NCBI GenBank assembly: GCA_963748455.1
Contig: CAVVJD010000020.1
Span: 17,097-81,096 of the forward strand
Source: an uncultured Alphaproteobacteria bacterium
GTDB taxonomy: Bacteria > Pseudomonadota > Alphaproteobacteria > CACIAM-22H2
DNA: 64,000 bases
Reading direction: 5' to 3'
Part shown: in pieces, positions 1 to 10,398 of the stretch
Layout of the letters: each line of letters begins with the position of its first letter
How positions within the stretch are numbered: the stretch's first letter is position 1
The notes under the pieces: generated by a model
Databases searched by the model: none
The model's input: the letters and a program-made list of their open reading frames with translations, nothing else
Told to the model about the DNA's origin: nothing
Translations under genes and position numbers: made by a program

Positions 1-1161
1 CCCGTACTTGCAGCCATTGTCGATGAGGTTCGCGAAAGCGCGGCGCATGGCCACGGGCCGGCAGGACAAGGGCGCATGGTCCGGCCCCTCATAGGCGGCT
101 TGGCCGCCCGCGTCGGTGGTCGTGTCGCAGAGACTGATCAGAAGTGTCGCGATATCGACCGGGCTATGCGGCTCGCGGCGAATCTCATCGCTCGCGAAGG
201 TCAGCGACGAGCTGACCATGACGTCCATGTCCGCGATGTCCTGGAGAACCTGGCGCCGCTGATCTCCGTCCGAAATGTATTCGGCGAAGAGCCGCAAGCG
301 CGTGAGCGGCGTGCGCAGATCATGCGATATCGCGGCCAGCATATGCATGCGCTCGTCGACGAAACGCTTAAGGCGCAGCTGCATCTCGTTGAAGCTCTTG
401 GCGATCACGTCATATTCGGGCATGCCCAGCCTGGCGATCGGCGTCGTTTCGCGCTCGCGCCCCAGGCGTTCGGCCGCCCCGGCAAGCTGCGTCAGCGGCT
501 TGATGAGGCTGCGCGCCATCCAGATCGACAAGCCGCCGATGGCCAGCGCCCCGCAGATGAGAAATGCCACGCCGCGCCAATGGTTCGGCCCTTTCGCGTC
601 GCCGCCGTTCTGGCTCACCACCAGCCACGAACCGTCGTTCAGCGCGACGCCGATGCGAAGGTCGGTGGTCATGATGGTTTGCGCCGAATCGCTGAAGATA
701 TTGCTCACCCGAAGCGGGATTTCGGTCACGAGCAAGACAACGATCGGAATTTGCCGCCCCCTGATTCCCCCCTCGCCGCGGAACTCCGCCGTGGTCACGA
801 AGACGCGTCCCGCATCCCCGCCCAGTCCCTCGGCGATCTGCTGCCGCATCGCGCCGAGCAGGTCCGGAATGTTGTTCTGTCGCGGCGGCGGCGCTTGCGA
901 TGCAATCTCGAAATTGAGCCACTTGGCCGATGCCAGCGCCGACAGCGTTTCCAGCCGCCGCTCGGCGGGCACGGCGGATGCCGCGCGCTCGGCTTCCAAC
1001 GTCGCGCGAACGAGCCAGGCCCGCTCGAGAAACACCACGCCCGGCGGCGGCGAAAGATTCCGCCACACCTGAAGGACCAGCAGCGTCGTGACGACGGTCA
1101 GGACCATCACCGCGGCGATACGCGGTGCGAGCCCCAGCCGAGACCAGAAGCGCGAGATCAT
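1..1161 (-). CDS. sensor histidine kinase, C-terminus cut by the window edge
   Basis: Own minus-strand translation from ATG 1159-1161: MISRFWSRLGLAPRIAAVMVL..., H-box AAISHDLRTPLTRL, N-box RRAFANLIDNGCKYG at position 1. Missing from the ORF track because no stop lies inside the window. ATGA overlap with the response-regulator stop. Confidence 0.85.
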   Translation of the reverse strand, partial: MISRFWSRLGLAPRIAAVMVLTVVTTLLVLQVWRNLSPPPGVVFLERAWLVRATLEAERAASAVPAERRLETLSALASAKWLNFEIASQAPPPRQNNIPDLLGAMRQQIAEGLGGDAGRVFVTTAEFRGEGGIRGRQIPIVVLLVTEIPLRVSNIFSDSAQTIMTTDLRIGVALNDGSWLVVSQNGGDAKGPNHWRGVAFLICGALAIGGLSIWMARSLIKPLTQLAGAAERLGRERETTPIARLGMPEYDVIAKSFNEMQLRLKRFVDERMHMLAAISHDLRTPLTRLRLFAEYISDGDQRRQVLQDIADMDVMVSSSLTFASDEIRREPHSPVDIATLLISLCDTTTDAGGQAAYEGPDHAPLSCRPVAMRRAFANLIDNGCKYG

Positions 1162-1898
1162 CGCGGTTCTCCCTCGCCCGCGCCCTCGACGTCGGCGGCG
1201 AAGTAATATCCACCGTTCCGCACCGTCTTGATGAAGCGCGGCTCCTGCGGGTCCGTCTCGATCTTGCGGCGCAATCGGCTGATCTGAACGTCGATACTGC
1301 GGTCGTAGGACTGGTTCGTGCGGCCGCGCGCGAAATCGAGAAGCTGATCGCGGTTCAAGACGCGTTGCGGACGTTCGACGAAGGCCAGCAACAGGTCGAA
1401 TTCGCCGCTCGTGAGGTCCGTGAGGACCTCATCGGGTGACGTGAGCGTGCGATGGCTCGTATTGAGAGTCCATCCCGCAAAACGGTAGACGGACCGTGAC
1501 GCCGGGGCGGACGTCGGCGATGCGCTCACCCGCCGCAGGATGGCGCGAATACGCGCAAACAGCTCGCGCGGATTGAAGGGCTTCGCGACATAGTCATCCG
1601 CCCCGAGCTCGAGGCCGACGACGCGATCCGTCTCGCCGTTGCGCGCCGTGAGAAGGATCACCGGAATAGTGCTTTCCGCGCGCAGGCGCCGGCACACCGT
1701 GAAGCCATCGTCGCCGGGCATCATGACGTCGAGCACCACGACATCGAAGCGTCCCTCTTCGAACATCGTAAACATCTCCGCCCCGTCGCGCGCCTCCGTC
1801 ACCCGCATTCCGTGATCGCTGAGAAACCGCGCCAGCATGGAGCGGATGCGCCGATCATCGTCGACGAGCAGGACATGGGGCCGCGGCGGAATAGACAT
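1158..1898 (-). CDS. OmpR-family response regulator (receiver + winged-helix DNA-binding domain)
   Basis: ORF 1158..1970. Receiver motifs HVLLVDDD, DVMMPGDDG, KPF; C-terminal RLRRKIE...IKTVRNGGYYF. Start trimmed to ATG 1896-1898 (MSIPPRPH). Confidence 0.9.
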   Translation of the reverse strand: MSIPPRPHVLLVDDDRRIRSMLARFLSDHGMRVTEARDGAEMFTMFEEGRFDVVVLDVMMPGDDGFTVCRRLRAESTIPVILLTARNGETDRVVGLELGADDYVAKPFNPRELFARIRAILRRVSASPTSAPASRSVYRFAGWTLNTSHRTLTSPDEVLTDLTSGEFDLLLAFVERPQRVLNRDQLLDFARGRTNQSYDRSIDVQISRLRRKIETDPQEPRFIKTVRNGGYYFAADVEGAGEGEPR

Positions 1899-2050
1899 GG
1901 CGTGTGACGAAGTTTGCCCAAAATAACGCGAATTGGCCGCCGGAATCGTCCCAGCAACAATCTGCAACACAATGAAATCCGGCGGACATCACCGCCCGGA
2001 ACGCGGCCCATACAGTACGGCGCATCAAACACATAACCCGGTGTGCCGCA

Positions 2051-2932
2051 ATGCGACTTTGTGCCGTCTCTCTAGCCGTAGCTTCCCTTCTGCCGACCTA
2101 TGCCTTCGCTCAATCGCCCTCCGGCGACATCAAGTACGACAGCACCTTGCCGCCGGTCCTGACATCCACGCCCGCGCAGGCTGAATTGGCGCAAGCCCGC
2201 ACCGGCACGAATGGCGTCCCGCTGCCGCCGCAGGACCGCGCGGCGACCGAGGCTTGGCAGATCAGTTTAGGGGTTGGCGGGCTCGTGGCACCCGAATATC
2301 CCGGTGCAGATACTTATAAAGCATCGCCGGTGCCGGCCATCGACATCACCTATCGCAACACGATCTTCCTCAATAGCCGCAACGGGCTGGGCGCTTACGC
2401 GATCAACAACGATCGCTACACGCTCGGCGGCTCGCTGTTCTTCAGGGGCGGGCGCGATCAGGACGATTCCGACCGCCTGCGCGGCATGGGCGACATCGAT
2501 GCCGCCGCCCAAGGCCGGATTTTTGGCCGCGTGGCAATCGGACCGGTCGATCTCGGCGCCACCTTGACCAAGGATTTCGGCGGCAGCGACGGCATCACCG
2601 CCGACGCGACCGTCTCCTCGAACTTCCAGATCGGCGAGCGGCTGAAGCTGACGCCAGGCGGCTTCGTCACCTACGGCGACGACGATTTCATGCAGACCTG
2701 GTTCGGCGTCTCAAGCGATCAATCGGCCCGCTCCGGGCTCGCCCGATATGACGCCGACGCCGGCATCAAATCCGTCGGCGCGTTCGTGCGGGGCTCATAC
2801 AAATTGACCGATCATTGGAGTCTCGCCTCGAGCATCCGCCTCGAATATCTGACCGGCGATGCAGCGGACAGCCCGATCGTCGAGCGGCGCGTTCAGCCAT
2901 CTTTTGCGCTGACCGTAAACTATCGGTTCTGA
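2051..2932 (+). CDS. MipA/OmpV-family outer-membrane protein
   Basis: ORF 2051..2932. Signal peptide MRLCAVSLAVASLLPTYAFA, GVGGLVAPEYPGAD motif, beta-barrel-like alternation ending in ...LTVNYRF. Confidence 0.75.
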   Translation: MRLCAVSLAVASLLPTYAFAQSPSGDIKYDSTLPPVLTSTPAQAELAQARTGTNGVPLPPQDRAATEAWQISLGVGGLVAPEYPGADTYKASPVPAIDITYRNTIFLNSRNGLGAYAINNDRYTLGGSLFFRGGRDQDDSDRLRGMGDIDAAAQGRIFGRVAIGPVDLGATLTKDFGGSDGITADATVSSNFQIGERLKLTPGGFVTYGDDDFMQTWFGVSSDQSARSGLARYDADAGIKSVGAFVRGSYKLTDHWSLASSIRLEYLTGDAADSPIVERRVQPSFALTVNYRF

Positions 2933-2955
2933 GATCCGAAGGGCTGAACCACTAA

Positions 2956-3163
2956 CCCTCTCCGCCCACGAAGTGGGGGGAGAGGGTGGCGAGCGCGAGC
3001 GAGCCGGGTGAGGTGGGTCTCTCCGCGCCGCGTTGTTCAACATTTCGGTGGCGGCGTCACCACCTCACCCTTCCCGCCTTCGCTAAAGCTACGGCGGGCA
3101 AGCCCGCCGAAGCTTCAGCGTAGGCGGGCCCCTTCCCTCTCCCCCGCTTCGCGGCGGAGAGGG
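2956..3163. repeat. REP-like composite palindromic element (family A: CCCTCTCC...GGAGAGGG hairpins flanking a GGGTGAGG...CCTCACCC inverted repeat)
   Basis: Hairpin 2956-2986, inverted repeat 3006-3016/3060-3070, hairpin GGCGGGC-aa-GCCCGCC 3093-3108, hairpin 3135-3163. Same architecture and arm sequences as 54764-54889. Confidence 0.8.
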
Positions 3164-3168
3164 AGAAA

Positions 3169-3528
3169 TCAAATTTCCTCCGGCGCGCATCCGAATCGCA
3201 GCAGATTGCCGTGCGGATCGTGGATGTAGAATTCCTTCATGTTCCATGGCCGCACCGCGAACGGCGAGAGCTTGGGCACGCCGCGCGATTTGAACTCGTC
3301 ATAGAGCGCGGGAACCTGCCCGCCGCGGATGTAGCACGACGTGTTCTCCGGATAGTCGCGATTGTCCGTCCGCCAGAAATGGATCTCCATCTCGTTGCGC
3401 CGCACGATCAAGTAGTCGTCGTCCTGATACGTGGCGCTGAACCCGAGTTTGTCGACATAGAACGCGCAGGACGCCCGGATATCGAGCGAGGCAAGCACCG
3501 GAATGCAGCGCGCCGGATCATCGACCAT
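3169..3528 (-). CDS. bleomycin-resistance/glyoxalase (VOC) family protein
   Basis: ORF 3169..3528. IPVLASLDIRASCAFYVDKLGF resembles the N-terminus of Ble-type binding proteins; size 119 aa. Confidence 0.7.
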   Translation of the reverse strand: MVDDPARCIPVLASLDIRASCAFYVDKLGFSATYQDDDYLIVRRNEMEIHFWRTDNRDYPENTSCYIRGGQVPALYDEFKSRGVPKLSPFAVRPWNMKEFYIHDPHGNLLRFGCAPEEI

Positions 3529-3721
3529 CGTTCTCCCCTGAAAGACGGGCTCCCTCTTGAGCCCACAGATTTGAGAATGATTATTAATTGCTGTAAGTTC
3601 AACCGAAATGTGCCTTCCCGGCGAACCTGCTATAACGCCCGGAGAGCTTGCGGGACCGGCTGATTCAGATCGTCAATAACCGCCCGCAACGCACCGGAAT
3701 TTGGGGGAGAAGCGGCATCAC

Positions 3722-4771
3722 ATGACCGGCGACATGACGCAGCTCAAGGCACTGCTCGGCGTGCTCGCCGACGGCCGCACCCTCACCGTCGATCAGGCCC
3801 GCGACGGCTTCGAGATCATGATGAGCGGCAACGCCACGCCAGCGCAGATGGGCGCCTTCCTGATGGCGCTGCGCGTGCGCGGCGAGACCATCGAGGAGAT
3901 CACGGGTGCGGCCACCACGATGCGTTCGCGCGCCGCGCACATCAAAGCGCCCGACAATGCCATCGACACGGTCGGTACCGGCGGCGACGCGATCGGCACC
4001 TATAACATCTCGACCGCCTCGTCTCTGGTCGTTGCGGGCTGCGGCGTGCCGGTCGCCAAGCACGGCAACCGCGCCTTCTCGTCCAAATCCGGCGCCGCCG
4101 ACGTGCTGACGGCGCTCGGCGTCAATCTCGATTGCGAGTTCGCCCTGATCGAGCGCGCGATCGTCGAGGCCGGCGTGGGCTTCATGATGGCGCCGCGTCA
4201 CCACAGCGCCACGCGCCATGTCGCGGGCCCGCGCGTCGAGCTCGGCACGCGCACGATCTTCAATCTGCTGGGCCCCCTCTCCAACCCCGCCGGCGTCAAG
4301 CGCCAGCTCGTCGGCGTGTTTGCCAAGAAATGGATCGAGCCGATGGCGCGCACCCTTGGCGATCTCGGCTCCGAGCACGCCTGGGTCGTACACGGCTCCG
4401 ACGGCTTGGACGAATTGACGACAACGGGCCCGACGCATGTCGCAGAGCTCAAGGGCGGCCAGGTCCGCACCTTCGACGTGACGCCGGAGGATGCCGGCCT
4501 CAAGCGCGCCAAGCTCGACGATCTCAAGGGCAGCACGCCGCAGGCCAACGCCGAAGCCATCCAGGAATTGCTGCGCGGCAAGCGTGACCCGTTCCGCGAT
4601 ATCGTGCTGCTCAATGCCGGGGCCGCGTTGATCGTTGCCGGCAAGGCGACGTCGCTCAAGGACGGTGCGGGCAAAGCAGCCGCCGCCATCGACGAGGGCC
4701 GCGCCAAGGCCGCGCTGGAAAAGCTCATCGCCATCACCAACACCCCGCCGCCGCAAGAGGCGCATCCGTGA
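3722..4771 (+). CDS. trpD: anthranilate phosphoribosyltransferase
   Basis: ORF 3701..4771 (TTG). ATG at 3722 preceded by GGGGAGA. Motifs [14 protein letters not shown] and [17 protein letters not shown]. Confidence 0.93.
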   Translation: MTGDMTQLKALLGVLADGRTLTVDQARDGFEIMMSGNATPAQMGAFLMALRVRGETIEEITGAATTMRSRAAHIKAPDNAIDTVGTGGDAIGTYNISTASSLVVAGCGVPVAKHGNRAFSSKSGAADVLTALGVNLDCEFALIERAIVEAGVGFMMAPRHHSATRHVAGPRVELGTRTIFNLLGPLSNPAGVKRQLVGVFAKKWIEPMARTLGDLGSEHAWVVHGSDGLDELTTTGPTHVAELKGGQVRTFDVTPEDAGLKRAKLDDLKGSTPQANAEAIQELLRGKRDPFRDIVLLNAGAALIVAGKATSLKDGAGKAAAAIDEGRAKAALEKLIAITNTPPPQEAHP

Positions 4772-5574
4772 GCGACGTCCTCGAGCGCATCTGCGCCGAC
4801 ACGCGCATCGAAACGGCGCGCCGTAAAGCGGCGATGCCGCTAGCGACGCTCGAAGCGAAGATCAAGACGGCGTCACCGCCGCGCGGTTTCCGCCGCCGCC
4901 TGGAGAACGTCGCCGCCACCGGCACACCGGCACTGATCGCCGAGATCAAAAAGGCCTCGCCGTCGCGCGGCCTGATCCGTCCGGATTTCGACCCGGCATC
5001 GCTCGCGCGCGCCTACAAGGCCGGCGGTGCCGCGTGCCTCTCCGTCTTGACCGATGGTCCTTACTTTCAAGGCTCCGCGGAACACCTGATGGCGGCGCGC
5101 GCCGCGGTCGACCTGCCGGTGATCCGCAAGGATTTCATGCTCGATACCTGGCAGGTGTTCGAGGCGCGCGCGATCGGCGCCGATTGCATCCTGGTGATCA
5201 TGGCGGCTCTCGACGACGCGACCGCGCGTGAGCTGACCACGACTGCGCGATCGCTGGGCATGGATGTGCTGGTCGAAGTCCATGACCGCGCCGAGCTCGC
5301 GCGCGCGCTCTTCCTCGACGCCAATCTCTTCGGCATCAACAACCGCAATCTCAAGACCCTCGCGATCGACCTCAAGACTTTCGAGGAGCTGGCGCCGCTG
5401 GTGCCGAAGGACCGCCTGCTGGTCGCCGAGAGCGGCCTCAAGACCCCCGCCGATCTGGCCCGCCTCGCTCGCGCCGGCGCCAGGGCCTTCCTGGTCGGCA
5501 AATCCCTCATGTCGCAGAGCGATGTCGCCGCCGCGACACGGGCGCTGCTCGCACCCGCCCACGTCGCAGCCTGA
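4768..5574 (+). CDS. trpC: indole-3-glycerol phosphate synthase
   Basis: ORF 4768..5574. [31 protein letters not shown] motifs. 4-nt overlap with trpD. Confidence 0.93.
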   Translation: MSDVLERICADTRIETARRKAAMPLATLEAKIKTASPPRGFRRRLENVAATGTPALIAEIKKASPSRGLIRPDFDPASLARAYKAGGAACLSVLTDGPYFQGSAEHLMAARAAVDLPVIRKDFMLDTWQVFEARAIGADCILVIMAALDDATARELTTTARSLGMDVLVEVHDRAELARALFLDANLFGINNRNLKTLAIDLKTFEELAPLVPKDRLLVAESGLKTPADLARLARAGARAFLVGKSLMSQSDVAAATRALLAPAHVAA

Positions 5575-5577
5575 GCC

Positions 5578-6050
<473 letters not shown>

Positions 6051-6054
<4 letters not shown>

Positions 6055-7266
6055 TTTCTGTCGACGAAGCCCGCAAGCGCATCGTGAACTCGCTCTCGCC
6101 GGTCCCGGCCGAGAGCATCAGCGTCGATGCTGGCCTTGGCCGCGTGCTGGCGTCCGACGTCGTCGCGCGCGTGACCCAGCCGCCCGCCGCCGTTTCGGCC
6201 ATGGACGGCTACGCCGTGCGCGGCCTCCGATGTCGCGACAGCACCGGTCAACCTCACCCAGATCGGTTCTGTCCCCGCCGGCGGCGCCTTCGCCGGCAAT
6301 GTCGGCCCCGGCCAGTGCGTGCGCATCTTCACCGGCGCGCCGCTGCCCGCCGGCACCGACACGATCATCATCCAGGAAGACACGCATGCGCAGGGCGAGC
6401 GCATCACCGTCCACGAAGCCGCCCCGACCGGCCGCTACGTGCGCGCCGCCGGGCTCGACTTCAAATCGGGCGAGACCGGCATTCCCGAAGGCCGCGTGCT
6501 GGGCGTGCGCGATATCGGCCTCGCAGCCGCGATGAACCATCCCTGGCTCAGCGTGCGCCGCCGCCCGCGCGTGGCGATCCTCGCGACGGGCGACGAGATT
6601 GTGATGCCCGGCGACCCGATCGGCCGCAGCCAGATCGTGTCGTCCAACGCCATCGCGCTCTCGGCCTTCGTTTCCGCCTGGGGCGGCATACCGGTCAATC
6701 TGGGTATAGCGCCCGACTCAGCCGATGCGCTGCAGAAAATGGCGGCCGGCGCCGCCGGCACCGATCTCCTCGTGACCACCGGCGGCGCATCGGTGGGCGA
6801 CCACGATCTCGTGCGCTCGGCACTCGGCGCCACCGGCCTGCAGATCGCGTTCTGGCAGATCGCGATGCGCCCGGGCAAGCCGCTGATGTTCGGCAAGATC
6901 GGCGACACGCCGATGCTGGGCCTGCCCGGCAATCCCGTCTCCTCGCTGGTCTGCGCCGTGATCTTCCTGCGCCCCGCCCTCGACCGGCTGCTCGGCCTTG
7001 ACGATAAGGGGCTGCTGTTTCAGCCGGCCGTGCTCGGCGCCAATCTGCCGGCCAATGACCGCCGCGAGGATTTCCTACGCGCGGAATTGACGACCGGCAG
7101 CGATGGCCGTCCGGTCGCGACACCGTTTGCCAAGCAGGACAGCTCGATGCTCTCGTTGCTGGCGCGCGCCGGCTGCCTGGTACGCCGCCTGCCCAACGCA
7201 CCGGCCGCGAAGGAAGGCGACAGCGTCGAGATCCTGCCGTTCGAGGCAGGGCGGCTGCGCGTCTAG
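6051..7266 (+). pseudogene. moeA: molybdopterin molybdenumtransferase MoeA, interrupted by a +1 frameshift near 6222 (possible sequence error)
   Basis: N-terminus [11 protein letters not shown]...SAMDGYAVR in frame 0 (part of ORF 5889..7001). It continues as ASDVATAPVNLTQIGSVPAGGAFAGNVGPGQCVRIFTGAPLPAG in the frame of ORF 6319..7266. Total length is 3n+1. ATGA overlap with moaC. Confidence 0.88.
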
Positions 7267-7348
7267 CGCATGGAAACGTGAACTAGCGGATATTGCACTG
7301 CAACCCAACCCAGGCGATGCTGACAAGCGGGGTAGTTGGGGGTAGACG

Positions 7349-8128
7349 ATGAAAAGACCCGTGGTCGGCGTGATCGCGAATGCGCATCTCGTCGAAAATC
7401 GGTTTCCAGCGCAGATTGTCGGCGAACGAAATCTCCGCGCGGTGGCGGAAGTGGCCGATGCGATGCCGGTGATGTTTGCCTGTACGCAAGGCGTCACCGA
7501 TATCAACGGACTGTTAGGGATCGTCGATGGCGTGCTCCTCACCGGCGGCCGGGCGAATGTCCATCCCACCCGCTTCCGCTCCGAGCCGCACCCCAAGCAC
7601 GAACCCTACGATGAATGCCGCGACGACCTAGCGCTGGCCTTGATCGAAATCTGCGTCGCGCGCGCCATCCCGATCTTCGGCGTGTGTCGCGGCCTCCAGG
7701 AAATGAACGTCGCCTTCGGCGGCTCCCTGCATCCCGAGATCCGCGAATTGCCCGGCCGCATGAACCACCGCATGCCGCGGCTGGCGAACGGCGAGATCCA
7801 TCCCGACCCCACCGTCGTCTTCGCCGACCGACACGACGTGAAGCTCGTTCCCGACGGCGCCTTCGCGCGCATCCTCGGCTGCGAGACGATCCGCGTGAAC
7901 TCTCTGCACGGTCAGGGCATCGACCAACTTGGGGATCGCGTGGTCGTCGAGGGCGTCGCCGAGGATGGCACGATCGAGGCGATCCGCATCGCCGATGCGC
8001 CGGGCTTCGCGCTGGGCGTGCAGTGGCACGCGGAATACGATCCGCAACGCAATCCCGTGAACCGCGCGTTATTCCAGGCTTTCGGCGCGGCGCTCACGGC
8101 GCGCGTGCGCGCCGCGGCGATGACCTAG
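7349..8128 (+). CDS. gamma-glutamyl-gamma-aminobutyrate hydrolase family protein (class I glutamine amidotransferase, peptidase C26)
   Basis: ORF 7349..8128. GVCRGLQEMNVAFGG, NSLHGQG, VQWHAEY catalytic-triad context. Confidence 0.8.
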   Translation: MKRPVVGVIANAHLVENRFPAQIVGERNLRAVAEVADAMPVMFACTQGVTDINGLLGIVDGVLLTGGRANVHPTRFRSEPHPKHEPYDECRDDLALALIEICVARAIPIFGVCRGLQEMNVAFGGSLHPEIRELPGRMNHRMPRLANGEIHPDPTVVFADRHDVKLVPDGAFARILGCETIRVNSLHGQGIDQLGDRVVVEGVAEDGTIEAIRIADAPGFALGVQWHAEYDPQRNPVNRALFQAFGAALTARVRAAAMT

Positions 8129-8145
8129 ACAGCGTTCCAAGCGGA

Positions 8146-8716
8146 ATGAAGCTCACCATCCGTCCGCTCACACCCGATCTCTGGCCCGCCCTCGAAGATC
8201 TCTTCGGCAAAACCGGTGCGTGCAACGGCTGCTGGTGCATGTACTGGCGCATCGGCGTCGCCTATCGCCAAAACCCGCGCGTGAAAAACAAGGCGGCGTT
8301 CCGCAAGGTCGTAGAGCGCGGCCCGCCCCCGGGCCTGCTTGCCTTCGACGGCTACGTGGCCGTCGGCTGGTGCCAGCTCACGCCGCGCGAGGCACTCCCC
8401 GTGCTCGACCGCACTTGGCGACTCAAGCGCGTGGACGAAGTGCCGGTCTGGTCGCTCTCCTGCCTCTACGTGCGCAAGGGCTATCGCCGCAAAGGCGTCA
8501 CCTCGACCCTGATTGCGGCGGCACTGAAGGCCGCCAAGCGGGCGAGGGCGCCGGCCCTCGAAGCCTATCCGTTCGATGCCGACAAATCGCCGAGTGCGAC
8601 AGGTATCGGGCTACGCATCGACCTTCGCGCGCGCCGGGTTCAAGGTTGTGGCGCGCCGCGTACCGGCGCGTCCGATCATGCGCCACGATCTGATGGCCAC
8701 GAACGTCATGCGCTAA
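8146..8716 (+). pseudogene. GNAT-family acetyltransferase, +1 frameshift near 8605-8608 (possible sequence error)
   Basis: MKLTIRPLTPDLWPALEDLFGKTGACNGCWCMYWR...LEAYPFDADKSPSATG in frame 1 (inside the artefactual ORF 7615..9594). The C-terminus GYASTFARAGFKVVARRVPARPIMRHDLMATNVMR* is in frame 2. Length is 3n+1. Confidence 0.7.
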
Positions 8717-9495
8717 CCCTGCATCGAATACCCGCCATCGACCGGGATCGCCGTGCCGGTGATGAAATCCGACGCCGGTGCAGCCAGAAACACCGCGATG
8801 CCGGCGAGGTCCTGCGGCACGCCCCAGCGCCCAGCTGGCGTGCGCGCCTTCACCCGTTCTTCGAGCCCCGCGATGTCGCGCCGGCCGCGCACCGTCAGCG
8901 GCGTGTCGATCCAGCCCGGCAGCACGGCGTTGACCTGGATGTTGTCGCCCGCCCACGCCGCGGCGAAGGAGCGGCTCATCTGCACGATGCCACCCTTGCT
9001 CGCCCCATAGGGTGCGGCGAACGGCACGCCGAAGATCGAGGTCATCGAGCCGATATTGATGATCTTGCCCCCGCCCGCCTTCTTCATCTCAGGGTAGACG
9101 GCGCGCGAGCAGATGAAGGCGCTGGTGAGGTTGACATCGATGATCTGGCGCCACTCCGCCAGCGTGTATTCCTCCGGCCGCTTGCGGATGTTGATGCCGG
9201 CGTTGTTGACCAGGATATCGACCCGGCCCAGGCGCTCGACCGCCGCCGCCACCATGCCCGCGCAGGCGTTCTCGTCGCTGACATCGACCGAAACCGCCTC
9301 GGCTTTGGCCCCCGCCTTGGTCAGCGCCGCCACCGCCTGCTCGTTTTTCTGGGCATTGCGGCCCGCCACCAGGATCGCCGCCCCCGCCTGCGCCAATCCC
9401 TGAGCCATGCCGAGGCCGATGCCGCCGTTGCCGCCGGTCACGATCGCCACCCGCCCCCTCAGATCGAACGGCGCGCCACCCGTCTTGCCTGTCAT
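8713..9495 (-). CDS. SDR-family oxidoreductase (KduD/gluconate 5-dehydrogenase-like)
   Basis: ORF 8713..9495. TGGNGGIGLG, NNAG, YGASKGG motifs. Confidence 0.85.
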   Translation of the reverse strand: MTGKTGGAPFDLRGRVAIVTGGNGGIGLGMAQGLAQAGAAILVAGRNAQKNEQAVAALTKAGAKAEAVSVDVSDENACAGMVAAAVERLGRVDILVNNAGINIRKRPEEYTLAEWRQIIDVNLTSAFICSRAVYPEMKKAGGGKIINIGSMTSIFGVPFAAPYGASKGGIVQMSRSFAAAWAGDNIQVNAVLPGWIDTPLTVRGRRDIAGLEERVKARTPAGRWGVPQDLAGIAVFLAAPASDFITGTAIPVDGGYSMQG

Positions 9496-9605
9496 GTTGG
9501 ACTCTCCCCCAGGAAAAAGCTCGCCACCTTAGCCGAGCGCGCGACGTGCGCGGGAACGGTTTCGGGCATCAGTCACCGCCGCGAAACCCCTTGACGTTGA
9601 GGGGG

Positions 9606-9620
9606 GAACCAAACTAGAAC
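9606..9620 (+). promoter_or_regulatory. alphaproteobacterial SOS box GAAC-N7-GAAC upstream of lexA
   Basis: GAACcaaactaGAAC read directly, about 60 nt upstream of the lexA ATG. Matches the direct-repeat LexA operator described for Rhizobiales and Rhodobacter. Confidence 0.65.
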
Positions 9621-9630
9621 AAGTTACGAT

Positions 9631-9645
9631 GTTTCGGGTTTGTTC
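9631..9645 (+). promoter_or_regulatory. second, imperfect SOS-box-like site (GTTT-N7-GTTC)
   Basis: GTTTcgggtttGTTC; one mismatch to GTTC-N7-GTTC. lexA genes of this group often carry two boxes. Confidence 0.3.
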
Positions 9646-9678
9646 CAGATCTAGTCGGGCGGGAGCAGCGGGGACCAG

Positions 9679-10398
9679 ATGTTGACGAAGAAACAGTACG
9701 AATTGCTGCTCTACATCCACAAACACCTCAATGAAAACGGCGTCTCGCCGTCCTTCGATGAGATGAAGGATGCGCTCGGCCTGCGCTCGAAATCGGGCAT
9801 TCACAGGCTGATTTCCGGCCTCGAGGAGCGTGGCTTCATCAACCGCCTCGCCCACCGCGCCCGGGCCCTCGAAGTCGTGCGCCTGCCCGAAAACCAGGCC
9901 GCCAACGGCACCTCCAAACCGACCGCCGCCCCGCCGCCCGGCGGCTTCCAGCCCAACGTCATCCGCGGCGATTTCCGCAACAACCTGGCCGGGGTCACCA
10001 GCCCCTCGCCGGTGGAAACCGTCCCCCTGCCGCTCTATGGCCGCATCGCCGCCGGCTTGCCGATCGAGGCGGTGCGCGACCAGTCGACCACCATCGACGT
10101 GCCGCCCTCGCTCCTCGGCCGCGGCGAGCATTTCGCCCTGGAAGTGGCCGGCGATTCGATGATCGAGGCCGGCATTTTCGACGGCGACACCGTCATCGTG
10201 CAGCGCATGGAAAACGCCGATAACGGCCAGATCGTGGTGGCCTTGATCGACGAGAGCGAGGTCACCTTGAAGCGCCTGCGCCGGCGCGGCGCCTCGATCG
10301 CGCTCGAGCCCGCCAACAAGGCCTACGAAACCCGCATCTTCGGCCCCGACCGCGTGCGCATCCAGGGCAAGCTGGTCGGCCTGATCCGCCGGTTCTAG
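9679..10398 (+). CDS. lexA: LexA repressor
   Basis: ORF 9679..10398. N-terminal w[20 protein letters not shown], long alphaproteobacterial linker, cleavage/peptidase S24 region GRIAAG...VAGDSM...LKRL. Confidence 0.93.
   Translation: MLTKKQYELLLYIHKHLNENGVSPSFDEMKDALGLRSKSGIHRLISGLEERGFINRLAHRARALEVVRLPENQAANGTSKPTAAPPPGGFQPNVIRGDFRNNLAGVTSPSPVETVPLPLYGRIAAGLPIEAVRDQSTTIDVPPSLLGRGEHFALEVAGDSMIEAGIFDGDTVIVQRMENADNGQIVVALIDESEVTLKRLRRRGASIALEPANKAYETRIFGPDRVRIQGKLVGLIRRF

Noticed and set aside
76-1206. Long ORFs on the opposite strand or in an alternative frame of clear genes. Examples: 76..1206+, 3665..4765-, 4873..6015-, 7615..9594+, 13276..14232-, 14745..15590-, 15305..16399+, 25391..26380+, 27380..28594+, 32532..34766+, 43449..44360-, 49139..49948+.
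   Set aside because: Their translations are Arg/Ala/Gly/Pro-rich low-complexity strings with no family resemblance. Each overlaps a gene with strong motif support. This is the usual shadow-ORF effect of high GC3.
2956-3163. CRISPR array interpretation of the hairpin repeats (also at 10921, 19985, 46964, 53139, 54764).
   Set aside because: The repeats are inverted, not direct. They are not regularly spaced with unique spacers, there are only 2-3 per locus, and no cas genes are present.
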